Below the pieces are notes generated by a model. The model was not told where the DNA came from, did not search any database, and was given only the letters and a program-made list of their open reading frames with translations. A stretch of 64,000 nt of DNA from Candidatus Altiarchaeales archaeon (GTDB lineage Archaea; Altiarchaeota; Altiarchaeia; IMC4; SCGC-AAA252-I15), in contig WJMO01000006.1 of NCBI GenBank assembly GCA_014727915.1, positions 448,001 to 512,000 on the forward strand. Direction: 5' to 3'. Positions within the stretch are counted from its first letter, which is position 1. Each line of letters starts with the position of its first letter. Both the position numbers and the translations under genes were made by a program. Positions 50,719 through 59,508 of this stretch are shown piece after piece.

Positions 50719-50848
50719 ACCGGGTGCTTGAGGGGCGTAAGCCCCGAAACACACCTTTGTCGTCGGCTAACTCCGACATGGGCAAGAGGATAGCCAGGGA
50801 GATAAAAGAAGCAGTCAAAGAAGACAAACTCAAAGAACTGGTAACCTG
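50645..50848 (+). repeat. 73-bp perfect direct repeat of the purP 3' end (50645-50717, 50776-50848) around a 58-nt spacer
   Basis: Direct sequence comparison: ACATGGGCAAGAGG...GGTAACCTG twice. Confidence 0.9.
50725..50777 (+). repeat. Structured element, copy B (homologous to 43201-43245)
   Basis: TGCTTGA-GGGGC-GTAA-GCCCC-GAAACACAC-CTTTGTC-GTCGG-CTAACT-CCGAC. Confidence 0.7.
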
Positions 50849-50946
50849 GTATTTGGGGGGTGTTTTATTTCATTTTTAATAGGTGTGGTCTCAATATATT
50901 GTATCTCTTATTCAGAGTCGAAAAAAAAAATTTGAGGTGAAAAAAC

Positions 50947-51213
50947 ATGGGTGAAGGACAGCAGCCTCCCGCGGGTGTGAACCCGGACAGGGTGGGGATA
51001 TTCATGGATGTGTTGGACAACATAATTAGTGACTTGAACGATAACGCTGAATTACAGAAGGTCTTTGGCGTGCCTGTTTCCCGCGCGCTGGTGGTCGTTG
51101 CAGACAACAATGACCTGCGCATCGAGGAAGGAGGCAGGGTGCCCTTGAACGAGGAACAGCAGCAGCTATTCCTGAGGGTGTTGGACGAGGTCATAAGGGC
51201 CAACTCAGTGTAA
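50947..51213 (+). CDS. Small hypothetical protein
   Basis: SD GAGGTGA; 88 aa with typical codon usage. Confidence 0.7.
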   Translation: MGEGQQPPAGVNPDRVGIFMDVLDNIISDLNDNAELQKVFGVPVSRALVVVADNNDLRIEEGGRVPLNEEQQQLFLRVLDEVIRANSV

Positions 51214-51214
51214 G

Positions 51215-51514
51215 GTGAAGAAGCCTTCGCTGAGGATCTCAGACTCCGGCGTCATATTCGAGGTCAGGGTCACGCCGTCAGCAAGGGAAGAGGGTGTTTC
51301 CCTTGAGGAGGGTGTGATAAGGGTCAGGACACGCGCGCCGGCGGATAAGGGCAAGGCTAACAAGGCCGTCGTCCAGCTTTTGAAGGAGTTCTTCGGCCCC
51401 TGCGAAATCGTGGGCGGGCAAAGGTCAAGGAAGAAGACGGTAAAAACTGGAAAACGCGATGAAGACGGCTTTTACGCCTGTTTAGAGGCTCTTGGACGGG
51501 GGCAGACGGTGTGA
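51215..51514 (+). CDS. DUF167/YggU family protein
   Basis: VRVTPSA, APADKGKAN, G.RSRKK. Confidence 0.85.
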   Translation: MKKPSLRISDSGVIFEVRVTPSAREEGVSLEEGVIRVRTRAPADKGKANKAVVQLLKEFFGPCEIVGGQRSRKKTVKTGKRDEDGFYACLEALGRGQTV

Positions 51515-51552
51515 TTGGCTTTTATAAGCCATGAATGCGTAAAAATAGGCAA

Positions 51553-51660
51553 TTGAATTCGCAAGTCAGGAATTCAAATTCACAAACATCACTTTCATAA
51601 TCTGCACGCAGGTTAAATCAGACGTTTGTTGTAACGCTTTTTCTGGCTTGTAGGAGTTGA
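51553..51660 (+). promoter_or_regulatory. Structured 5' leader of dnaG (two stem-loops plus possible pseudoknot)
   Basis: TTGAATTC/GAATTCAA; ACAAAC/GTTTGT enclosing TAATCTG/CAGGTTA; loop GCAAGTCAG complementary to CTGGCTTGT; TTTTATAA box at ~51520. Confidence 0.5.
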
Positions 51661-51681
51661 GAAACTTTAGAGGTGATAAGT

Positions 51682-52815
51682 ATGGCTAAAGCACCAGCTG
51701 ATACGGTAAAATACAACATATACGCAGACATAACCATCGACGGCGTCGTGGAGAAGCCGGACGTGGTAGGAGCATTATTCGGGCAGTCCGAGGGTCTACT
51801 CGGGGAAGAATTGGAGCTGAGGGACCTGCAGAAGACGGGTAGGATAGGAAGGATAGAAGTCGACATAAAGACGAAGTCTGGGAAGAGCCAAGGCAAGATT
51901 CTAGTGCCCTCCAGCCTGGACATGGTCGAGACCTCGATCATAGCCGCCACTATAGAGATGGTGGACAGGGTCGGACCCTGCAATGCGAACATCAAGGTGA
52001 CTAACGTCGTTGACGCGCGGACCAGCAAGAGGAAGTCCATGGTCGACAGGGCCAAGATAATCCTTAAGAAGCTTATGCAGGATGAGATACCCGAGAGCAT
52101 GGAGTTGGTGGATGAGGTCCGGAAGTCGGTGCAGTTATCGGAGATAACGACCTACAGGGGCTTGTCGGCTGGGCCGGCAGTGGAGGACAGTGACTCTGTG
52201 ATATTGGTCGAGGGCCGGGCTGACGTCCTGAACCTGCTCAAATGCGGGATCAAGAACGCTGTGGCAATAGGCGGGACGAACATCCCCCGGGCGATCTCGG
52301 AGCTGAGCAAGAGCAAGACAAGCATAGCCTTCGTCGACGGGGACCGTGGCGGGGACATAATATTGAACGAGCTGCGGCAGGTGGCGGACATAGACTTCGT
52401 CGCCAAAGCACCGTCCGGGAAGGAAGTGGAGGACCTGGGCAAGAAGGAGGTCATCATGGCCTTGAGGAAGAAGGTCACCACAGACCAGGCCAAAAACGGC
52501 AGGGGCCGGAAGAACGGAGCGGCCGCGGACGGGGAGAGCCTTTTGCCCGAGCTGTCGAAGGTGAAGGGAAAGCTAAGCGCTCGACTCTACGGTGCGGATA
52601 AGAAGATGATAACCGAGATAGAGATCAAGGACCTGATAAGCACCCTGGGGAAGGTGCAGCCGGCGTATGTCGTGTTGGATGGGATAATAACCCAGCGTCT
52701 TGTGGACAGCGCACATGGCAGCGGGGTCAAGGTCTTGATCGGCGTGAACACTGCAGCCGACATAAAGAACAAGCATAACATAAGCTTGCTTACTGAGAAG
52801 GCTGCAGCCGGTTAG
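51682..52815 (+). CDS. dnaG: Archaeal DnaG (TOPRIM; exosome-associated)
   Basis: GVVEKPDVVGALFGQSEGLLG, VEGRADV, DGDRGG, GKEVE. Confidence 0.96.
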   Translation: MAKAPADTVKYNIYADITIDGVVEKPDVVGALFGQSEGLLGEELELRDLQKTGRIGRIEVDIKTKSGKSQGKILVPSSLDMVETSIIAATIEMVDRVGPCNANIKVTNVVDARTSKRKSMVDRAKIILKKLMQDEIPESMELVDEVRKSVQLSEITTYRGLSAGPAVEDSDSVILVEGRADVLNLLKCGIKNAVAIGGTNIPRAISELSKSKTSIAFVDGDRGGDIILNELRQVADIDFVAKAPSGKEVEDLGKKEVIMALRKKVTTDQAKNGRGRKNGAAADGESLLPELSKVKGKLSARLYGADKKMITEIEIKDLISTLGKVQPAYVVLDGIITQRLVDSAHGSGVKVLIGVNTAADIKNKHNISLLTEKAAAG

Positions 52816-52909
52816 AGGAAAATCTGCTCCTAATGCGGTGTGCGCGGTTTTTAAGCGCACGCCCATCCTCGCTTATTTTAACCCGTGGCCGTATTGTCTA
52901 TACGGTAAC

Positions 52910-54376
52910 ATGATATTGGATGATATAGAGTCTACTGCTGACGTGGTTGTGCCCAGCGACCCGATAGCCCGGGTCATAGGCCAGGATAACGCCATCGAGA
53001 AGATACATGTTGCCATACGGCAGAGGAGGAACCTGTTGCTCGTAGGGCCGCCGGGTGTGGGAAAGAGCATGCTCGCTCAGGCGTTGGCCAAGCATCTGAC
53101 CCCTCCCCAGCAGCAGATAAGCGTATTGCACAATCCCAAGGCCCCAAACAGGCCTGTCGTCGAGGTCATGCGGAAGGACGAGATAAGCAGCAGGAGCCAG
53201 AAGGAGGGGTTGGCTACGGGGCGTGTCGTAAGCCCCATGGAAGTCCCTTCCTTCGTTGCTGAACGGCTTGGGTTCAGGTGTGGGAGCTGCGGCTCATTGA
53301 GCGGGGTGGAGTTCCTAACCTGCCCCCGCTGCGGGTCCAACAAGTACAGCAGGATGGTCAAGAGCAGGCAGGAGAACCCTGTGAACAAGATGCTCACTGA
53401 CGTGTTCGAAGTCGGCCCTGTTAAGCCTGAGAAGGAGGTGCAGACGTCTAGGATAGGATACGGGGGTTCGGAAGAGGTCGTGGTATACCAGAGGACCAGC
53501 GAGGGGAAGGTGCGGGTCCTGGACCAGAAGGCTTTGGAGGAGATAAGGCAGTTGAACGAGAGGGATAAGCGCCATGTCATAGTCCCGTTGGAGCGGAAGA
53601 ACTTCGTGCACATGAGCGGGGCTACTGAGACGGAGCTGTTGGGGGATGTCCGCCACGACCCCTACGGCAGCCACCCGGAGATCGGAACACCCGCATATCT
53701 AAGGGTCGTGGCGGGCGCTATACACGAAGCCCATGAGGGGGTCCTGTTCATAGATGAACTGCCCCACCTGGAGCACCTGCAGAACTTCATCTTGACCGCC
53801 ATGCAGGAGAAGAAGTTCCCAATAACGGGCAGGAACCCCCAGAGCGCGGGGGCTTCCGTGAAAGTCAAGGACGTGCCCTGCGACTTCCTTTTCGTCGGAG
53901 CCTGCAACATAGTGGACGTGTCCAAGATCCTTCCGCCGCTGAGGTCGCGCATCATAGGTAACGGTTATGAGATTCTCTTGGAGACTACCATGCCTGACAC
54001 ACCAGAGAACAGGGATAGGATACTGCAGTTTGTGGCGCAGGAGATAGCCACTGACGGCAGGATACCTCACGCTTCCCCGGAGGTTGTTAAAGCCATCATC
54101 GAGGAGGCTAAGGTTCGCGCTCAGGGGGTTGACAACGCTAAGAACTCGCTGACCTTGAGGCTCAGGGACCTGGGGGGTGTCGTCCGGATGGCGGGGGACC
54201 TGGCGGTGTTGGAGGATAGCGAGTACATTGAGTATCGGCATGTTGAGCGGAGCCTTAAGGAGTCCAAGTCAATCGAACACCAGCTTCAGGAGAGGTATGG
54301 GAGCGTCTGGAGCGGTTTGGAGAAGGACAAGTCCATAGTCTTGGACCATGATTCCGCGGACAGGAGCTACGGGTGA
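52910..54376 (+). CDS. LonB-like AAA+ ATPase with zinc ribbon, lacking the protease domain
   Basis: VIGQD, GPPGVGKS, CGSC..CPRC, LLGDVRHDPY, GAIHEAHEGVLFIDE, TLRLRDLGG; ends without a Lon_C domain. Confidence 0.85.
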   Translation: MILDDIESTADVVVPSDPIARVIGQDNAIEKIHVAIRQRRNLLLVGPPGVGKSMLAQALAKHLTPPQQQISVLHNPKAPNRPVVEVMRKDEISSRSQKEGLATGRVVSPMEVPSFVAERLGFRCGSCGSLSGVEFLTCPRCGSNKYSRMVKSRQENPVNKMLTDVFEVGPVKPEKEVQTSRIGYGGSEEVVVYQRTSEGKVRVLDQKALEEIRQLNERDKRHVIVPLERKNFVHMSGATETELLGDVRHDPYGSHPEIGTPAYLRVVAGAIHEAHEGVLFIDELPHLEHLQNFILTAMQEKKFPITGRNPQSAGASVKVKDVPCDFLFVGACNIVDVSKILPPLRSRIIGNGYEILLETTMPDTPENRDRILQFVAQEIATDGRIPHASPEVVKAIIEEAKVRAQGVDNAKNSLTLRLRDLGGVVRMAGDLAVLEDSEYIEYRHVERSLKESKSIEHQLQERYGSVWSGLEKDKSIVLDHDSADRSYG

Positions 54377-55737
54377 CTTACGTGAGCGCTGAGGGCAACC
54401 GCAGAATATTGCTCGTATACCCCCCGTATGAGAAGCCATTGATGCGGCAGGGACTCCATTACACCTCCATACCCTTGGGCGTGGGGTATTTAGCATCTGT
54501 GTTGGAGGCGTCAGGGTTTGAAGTATCGGTGGTAGACTGCAACATCAGAGAATCCTCCCCGGAGGGGATGGCAGAGTCCATAGGCGAATTAAAGCCGGAT
54601 ATCGTCGGTTTGACCATTACGAGCCCGGGTCTGAGATACGCCTATAAGCTAATATCCGAACTCAGGGAGGGGGGGCTCACTTCCACTATTCGCGTGGCTG
54701 CTGGTGGCCCGCATGTAACGGCAGATCCCGGGGCTTCGACCTGCCTTGGGGCTGACTTGTACTTCACGGGAGAGTCGGAATACGCGTTCAGAGACTACTG
54801 TGTTAGCAGGAGGGAAAACGCAGGGAGAAACAACATCATAGAGTCTGGTTTGATAGGGGACTTGGACTGTCTCCCATACCCCGCCCGGCACCTCTTCAAC
54901 GGGGGGAGTTACAGGTTCACTCCGGTGGCCGCCTCAAGGGGCTGCCCCTTCAACTGCGGCTACTGCGGCATATCAGGGACACAGTACCGGAAGAGGAGTA
55001 TTGCGAATGTCAGGGGCGAGATCGAGCATCTCGCCTCCTTCAATACGAGGTCTGTTGACTTCACAGACGACATATTCACATTGGACCGGCCCTACGCGAG
55101 GGGGGTTGCGGAGGTGATGGGCGAGTATGGGATGGGATGGTCATGCACTACCCGGGCCGACCTAGTGGACGGCGGGATACTGGAGCATCTGGCGGATAAT
55201 GAATGCCGGCATATAAGCTTCGGTGTTGAAACAGGAGTCGAGCGGATAAGGTATAGGATGGGGAAGAAAGTGCCGGACAGCAGGTACCAGAATGCGTTCA
55301 AATCCTGCAGGGATGCGGGGATCAGAACAAGGGCTTATGCTATGCTAGGCTTTCCGGGCGAAACATTGGAGGACGTTCATAGAACCTTCGATTTCGTGAA
55401 CGGTTTGGGGGCTGATGAGGTCCTGTATTCGCCCACGATAATCTACCCAAACACGTGGTTGATGAAAGCGGCTGTTGAAGAGGGAAAGACAGGTTCGGAC
55501 GCTTGGGTTAGGTACATGCGAGGGGAGGGTGGAATACCATACTATCTCCCGGAAGGCTTGAGTCTCGAAGAAGTTAACGCGTTAATCTACGAGGAGGGCA
55601 AGCGGTTCTACCTGAATCCAAAGCGGATATTGGCCAGGATGAGGGATGCGCAATCATTGGATGACATCGCAGACTCGTTCAAGGCCCTGGCAGTATGGAT
55701 GGTGGGGGCCATTAATAAACAAACCAGGACAAAATAG
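54373..55737 (+). CDS. B12-binding radical SAM protein
   Basis: PLGVGYLAS, GGPH, GESE, SRGCPFNCGYC, GVETG, MLGFPGET. Confidence 0.9.
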   Translation: MTYVSAEGNRRILLVYPPYEKPLMRQGLHYTSIPLGVGYLASVLEASGFEVSVVDCNIRESSPEGMAESIGELKPDIVGLTITSPGLRYAYKLISELREGGLTSTIRVAAGGPHVTADPGASTCLGADLYFTGESEYAFRDYCVSRRENAGRNNIIESGLIGDLDCLPYPARHLFNGGSYRFTPVAASRGCPFNCGYCGISGTQYRKRSIANVRGEIEHLASFNTRSVDFTDDIFTLDRPYARGVAEVMGEYGMGWSCTTRADLVDGGILEHLADNECRHISFGVETGVERIRYRMGKKVPDSRYQNAFKSCRDAGIRTRAYAMLGFPGETLEDVHRTFDFVNGLGADEVLYSPTIIYPNTWLMKAAVEEGKTGSDAWVRYMRGEGGIPYYLPEGLSLEEVNALIYEEGKRFYLNPKRILARMRDAQSLDDIADSFKALAVWMVGAINKQTRTK

Positions 55738-55856
55738 AAGATAGAGGCGGGTAGCGGACCACCACAGGCTCCGGTCGTTAGGGCATGAAAGGCGATAACG
55801 CCCCCGGGTCCGGGAGCTTGGAAAAAGAGAAAATCCAGACCGTCGGAGTGCAGACA

Positions 55857-56666
55857 ATGACAAGATTCGGGTTGTTGGGGTGCGGCGCTATGGGTTCGGC
55901 CGTCGCCCAGGCCTTCGTTTCCGGGGAGATACCAAGGACACTGTCCTGCGTGTACGACGTAAGGGCAGAAGCTGCTGAAGAGCTCGCCCAGCGGTTCAAG
56001 GACCCGCCGAGGATATGCGAGTCCATCGGAGAGCTTATTGAAAACAGTGACTTCATAATAGAGGCCGCCAGCCAGGAAGCGGTCAGAGAGCATATGCCCG
56101 CGGCGTTGAAGGCGGAGAGGGACGTTCTGATAATGAGCGTCGGGGCCCTGCTGGACGATGATGTGAGGGATAAGGTATACTCAGCTTCTAAGGAGAGCTC
56201 AGCCAGCATATACCTTCCAAGCGGAGCCCTCGCAGGCGTCGACGGTATGCTGTCTGGCGCGGTTGTGGGTGTTGATGCAGTGACACTGACAACCACCAAA
56301 CCACCAGGGGGTTTGAGGGGAGTTGCATATCTAAAGCAGAGAGGAGTGGATGTCGAGCGACTGGCAGAGCCTACTGTTGTCTTCGAGGGGTCGGCTGTGG
56401 AGGCGGCGCGCCTGTTCCCGAAGAACATAAACGTGTCTGCTGTAGCGTCGCTCGCGTCGGGGAGAACAGCAAATGTGAGGATAGTATGCGACCCAGACGC
56501 CGAGCGGAACACCCATGAGATATGTGCAACTGGGCCGTTCGGGGAGGTCACCGCCAAAACGACAAACCTCCCTTCGCCTGACAACCCGAAGACATCATAC
56601 CTGGCAGCATTGTCCGTCATAGCAACTCTCAAGAAGATTACAGGGAACATAAAGATAGGAAACTAA
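55857..56666 (+). CDS. nadX: L-aspartate dehydrogenase
   Basis: GCGAMG, EAAS, MSVGAL, PSGA..G.D, FPKNINV, NTHEI, NPKTS. Confidence 0.93.
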   Translation: MTRFGLLGCGAMGSAVAQAFVSGEIPRTLSCVYDVRAEAAEELAQRFKDPPRICESIGELIENSDFIIEAASQEAVREHMPAALKAERDVLIMSVGALLDDDVRDKVYSASKESSASIYLPSGALAGVDGMLSGAVVGVDAVTLTTTKPPGGLRGVAYLKQRGVDVERLAEPTVVFEGSAVEAARLFPKNINVSAVASLASGRTANVRIVCDPDAERNTHEICATGPFGEVTAKTTNLPSPDNPKTSYLAALSVIATLKKITGNIKIGN

Positions 56667-56688
56667 AGAAAACACCGCAGTATTCAAA

Positions 56689-57477
56689 ATGTCCATTAGG
56701 GAGCGTGTTAGGTTCTGGTTCGAGGATTTGGAGACGCCCATGGGCAAGGCCGTCGACATAGTGGTGTTGACTCTCATATTCCTTGCCTGCGCCGTCTACG
56801 CAGCCCAGAACTACCCATTGGATGCGGATACGCTCTCCATGCTCTCGACGGTAGAGGTCATCATCGGCCTGGCGTTCACCGCAGAGTACCTGCTCAGACT
56901 CTGGTCTGCTGAAGACCGGGTCCGTCATTCGTTGAACGTATACTCCATCATCGACTTGGTGGCGATAATGCCCGTGTTCCTGGCGTTCACCAGCCTACAG
57001 TTCCTCCGCGTATTCCGGGCCTTCAGGATATTCCGGCTGCTGAGGTTCCTCGAGAACCGACACTTCTTCTTCGGGAGCATAACGGAAACCGGGCTAATCG
57101 CGGCAAGGATACTCTTCACATTCTCCACTATCGTGTTCGTGAGCGCCAGCCTCATACTGATAGCTGAGGTCGAAGTTAACAGCGAGTTGAACACTTTCAC
57201 TGACGCGGTTTACTTCTCGGTGGTCACATTGACAACCGTGGGGTTCGGGGACATCGTTCCCCTCACAGAGGGAGGGCGGTTGATCACCCTGTTCATAATA
57301 GTCTCGGGCATCATATTCATACCCTGGCAGCTCGGCAGCCTCATACGGCAGCTAATCGCGGCCGGCGGGAAGAGGAACATAATCTGCCGGAACTGCGGGC
57401 TCACCCGCCACGACCCAGATGCAGTGCACTGCAAACACTGCGGTGCAACCATATACCAGGAGACAAGAGGAGCCTGA
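56689..57477 (+). CDS. Voltage-gated potassium channel-like ion transporter
   Basis: S4 RVFRAFRIFRLLR, filter TTVGFGD, C-terminal CxxC..HD.DA.HCKHCG. Confidence 0.9.
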   Translation: MSIRERVRFWFEDLETPMGKAVDIVVLTLIFLACAVYAAQNYPLDADTLSMLSTVEVIIGLAFTAEYLLRLWSAEDRVRHSLNVYSIIDLVAIMPVFLAFTSLQFLRVFRAFRIFRLLRFLENRHFFFGSITETGLIAARILFTFSTIVFVSASLILIAEVEVNSELNTFTDAVYFSVVTLTTVGFGDIVPLTEGGRLITLFIIVSGIIFIPWQLGSLIRQLIAAGGKRNIICRNCGLTRHDPDAVHCKHCGATIYQETRGA

Positions 57478-57485
57478 AAAGCACG

Positions 57486-57623
57486 GTTAGGCACTACAGG
57501 TTTTGTTGTATTCTTTAACAGGCAAGGGACAATCATAATCTGATGGAAAGGATAGAGGACCTGAAGGTCGAAAGGGGCGAGACCGCCAAGTCACTAACGA
57601 GAAAGTTAGGCACTACAGGTTTT
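57486..57623 (+). repeat. 19-bp direct repeat (57486-57504 intergenic; 57605-57623 inside dhs)
   Basis: GTTAGGCACTACAGGTTTT twice, 119 bp apart. Confidence 0.8.
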
Positions 57624-58445
57624 CAGGGTAGTTGGGTGTCAGACGCCGCGGAGCTGATAAAGAAGATGCGTAAGGAGAAGTGCACGGTATTCCTGACGTT
57701 CACCGCCAACATGATGGCCTCCGGACTCCGGGGCATATTCACCCAGATGATAGAGGAGGGACTAGTGGATGCTGTAATAACAACCGGAGGAAGCATAGAC
57801 CACGACATAATCAAGAGCCACAAACCATACCTGCTCGGCGACTACTACCTCGACGACGTTAAACTCCACAAGAAAGGAGTGAACCGAATAGGCAACATAC
57901 TGGTCCCGAACAACAGATACCTGCTATTGGAGAGGAAGATTGGGGGGTACTTCAAGGCATTCAACAGGATGCAGGACGTGTTCGCGCCATCCGAGCTCAA
58001 CGAATTCATGGGCTCCCAGCTGCCGAAAGGCAGCTTCCTGAACGCGTGCAACCGTAAGGCAGTTCCTGTATTCTGCCCAGGGATGGTAGACTCCGCAATC
58101 GGAATGCACCTCTACTTCTACCGCCAAGACCACAAAGACTTCATAATGAACCCGGCAGCAGACCTCGAAAGACTGGGGGACATTGTGTTCAATGCAAAGA
58201 AGACTGGGGGGATAGTCCTTGGAGGGGGGATCAGCAAACACCACCTCATCGGCGCCAACCTAATGCGCGGCGGCCTGGACTATGCAGTGTACGTCACAAC
58301 CGCTGCCGAGTATGACGGCAGCCTAAGCGGCGCACAACCACGAGAGGCGAAAAGCTGGGGCAAGATAAAAGAGACGGGCAGCACAGTCACAGTCCACTGC
58401 GACGCCACCCTCGCGCTGCCCCTGATAACGGCCGCGATCAGATGA
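57543..58445 (+). CDS. dhs: Deoxyhypusine synthase
   Basis: TGFQ, TANM..SGLR, NRIGN, LGGGISKH, DGSLSGA..REAKSWGK, DAT. Confidence 0.95.
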   Translation: MERIEDLKVERGETAKSLTRKLGTTGFQGSWVSDAAELIKKMRKEKCTVFLTFTANMMASGLRGIFTQMIEEGLVDAVITTGGSIDHDIIKSHKPYLLGDYYLDDVKLHKKGVNRIGNILVPNNRYLLLERKIGGYFKAFNRMQDVFAPSELNEFMGSQLPKGSFLNACNRKAVPVFCPGMVDSAIGMHLYFYRQDHKDFIMNPAADLERLGDIVFNAKKTGGIVLGGGISKHHLIGANLMRGGLDYAVYVTTAAEYDGSLSGAQPREAKSWGKIKETGSTVTVHCDATLALPLITAAIR

Positions 58446-58494
58446 ACGGCCATAGTGCACAGGTAATAACCAATAAACCCCCAATAGAGCTAAC

Positions 58495-59427
58495 ATGGGG
58501 GTCGAGAGGGAGGGCGCGCACCCTCCAAGCCAGGAGCAACCGATGTTCTCAGAGCTTATGGGCTTGGGACCTGTCGAGAAGCAGATGGCCGTCTATCTAA
58601 TGTCTGTCATATTCCGAGACGCTAACACCCCAGATTTCGACGCTAGGCTAGGGAGGATGATGTCACGGCTAGGGTTCAGCCCCGAGGAGATAAGGGACAG
58701 CTATTTTGTGCCCCCATTGGAGGAAGTCCTTGCGGTCGAGGTAGGTGAACGCGACTTACCCCACTCTGGAGGAACAGTTAAGCTGCCTGTCATGGACAGG
58801 AACCTGAGCACGTCGAAGGGCCCTGTCGAATGCCGGATCGTGGGCACATCCCATGGAAAAAGGCATTTCGTGACTGAACAGGTCACCGACGCCAGTCGGA
58901 GGGTTCTAATGGATGCTGACGGCCACGAACATGGCTTCCCCCTATTCTATGGGGTGGAGGGGAGAACGGCGCCGCTGGACATGTCCAAGGAGATTATGCC
59001 CTTATTGAGCCCGGAGATGACAGCACAGTTCGGGCTCAAGCTGATCGGCGCCACAATCATGGATTTCGCAGCGGAGACGGGCCACCCTCTGGCGGAGACA
59101 TTCACCCGAGGGGGTAGGTACGGCGGCAGACGGAACCTCCAAGAGGGAATGTGGAATTCAGTCAGCCGGTTCTACGAAACACGGGAGGCCATGAGCGGCA
59201 ACCAGCTGAGATATGAGTGGAACGACCTCATAGCAAGAAGCGCGGAACAGGCACACAGCATAGCATCGATAGCGGAGGCAAAGACCGGCCGTGAGAACAT
59301 CGCCTGCTCGTTCATAGTTGGAGCAGGACACCTACCATTCATAGGCTGGTTCCTCGACCATCCAAGAGAGAGGAACATGACCCTATTGCAGATGAGCAAT
59401 CTGGCAGGGCCCGGAACACAACAGTAA
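58495..59427 (+). CDS. Divergent TraB/Tiki-superfamily-like protein
   Basis: IVGTSHG ... IARS ... IVGAGHL parallel the TraB IVGTAH/ERD/GAGH motifs. Confidence 0.5.
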   Translation: MGVEREGAHPPSQEQPMFSELMGLGPVEKQMAVYLMSVIFRDANTPDFDARLGRMMSRLGFSPEEIRDSYFVPPLEEVLAVEVGERDLPHSGGTVKLPVMDRNLSTSKGPVECRIVGTSHGKRHFVTEQVTDASRRVLMDADGHEHGFPLFYGVEGRTAPLDMSKEIMPLLSPEMTAQFGLKLIGATIMDFAAETGHPLAETFTRGGRYGGRRNLQEGMWNSVSRFYETREAMSGNQLRYEWNDLIARSAEQAHSIASIAEAKTGRENIACSFIVGAGHLPFIGWFLDHPRERNMTLLQMSNLAGPGTQQ

Positions 59428-59508
59428 AGGCAGACGCGACACCAGACCACCACGAGGTAACCAGGCACCTTAAATAAGCCTATGACATATTGATAAGGAT
59501 AATCCAAG

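Noticed and set aside
50718-50777. Canonical active hammerhead ribozyme or archaeal SECIS element
   Set aside because: The CUGANGA core is absent and stem I is weak; the GAA/A orientation does not fit SECIS, and no in-frame UGA selenoprotein candidate was seen.
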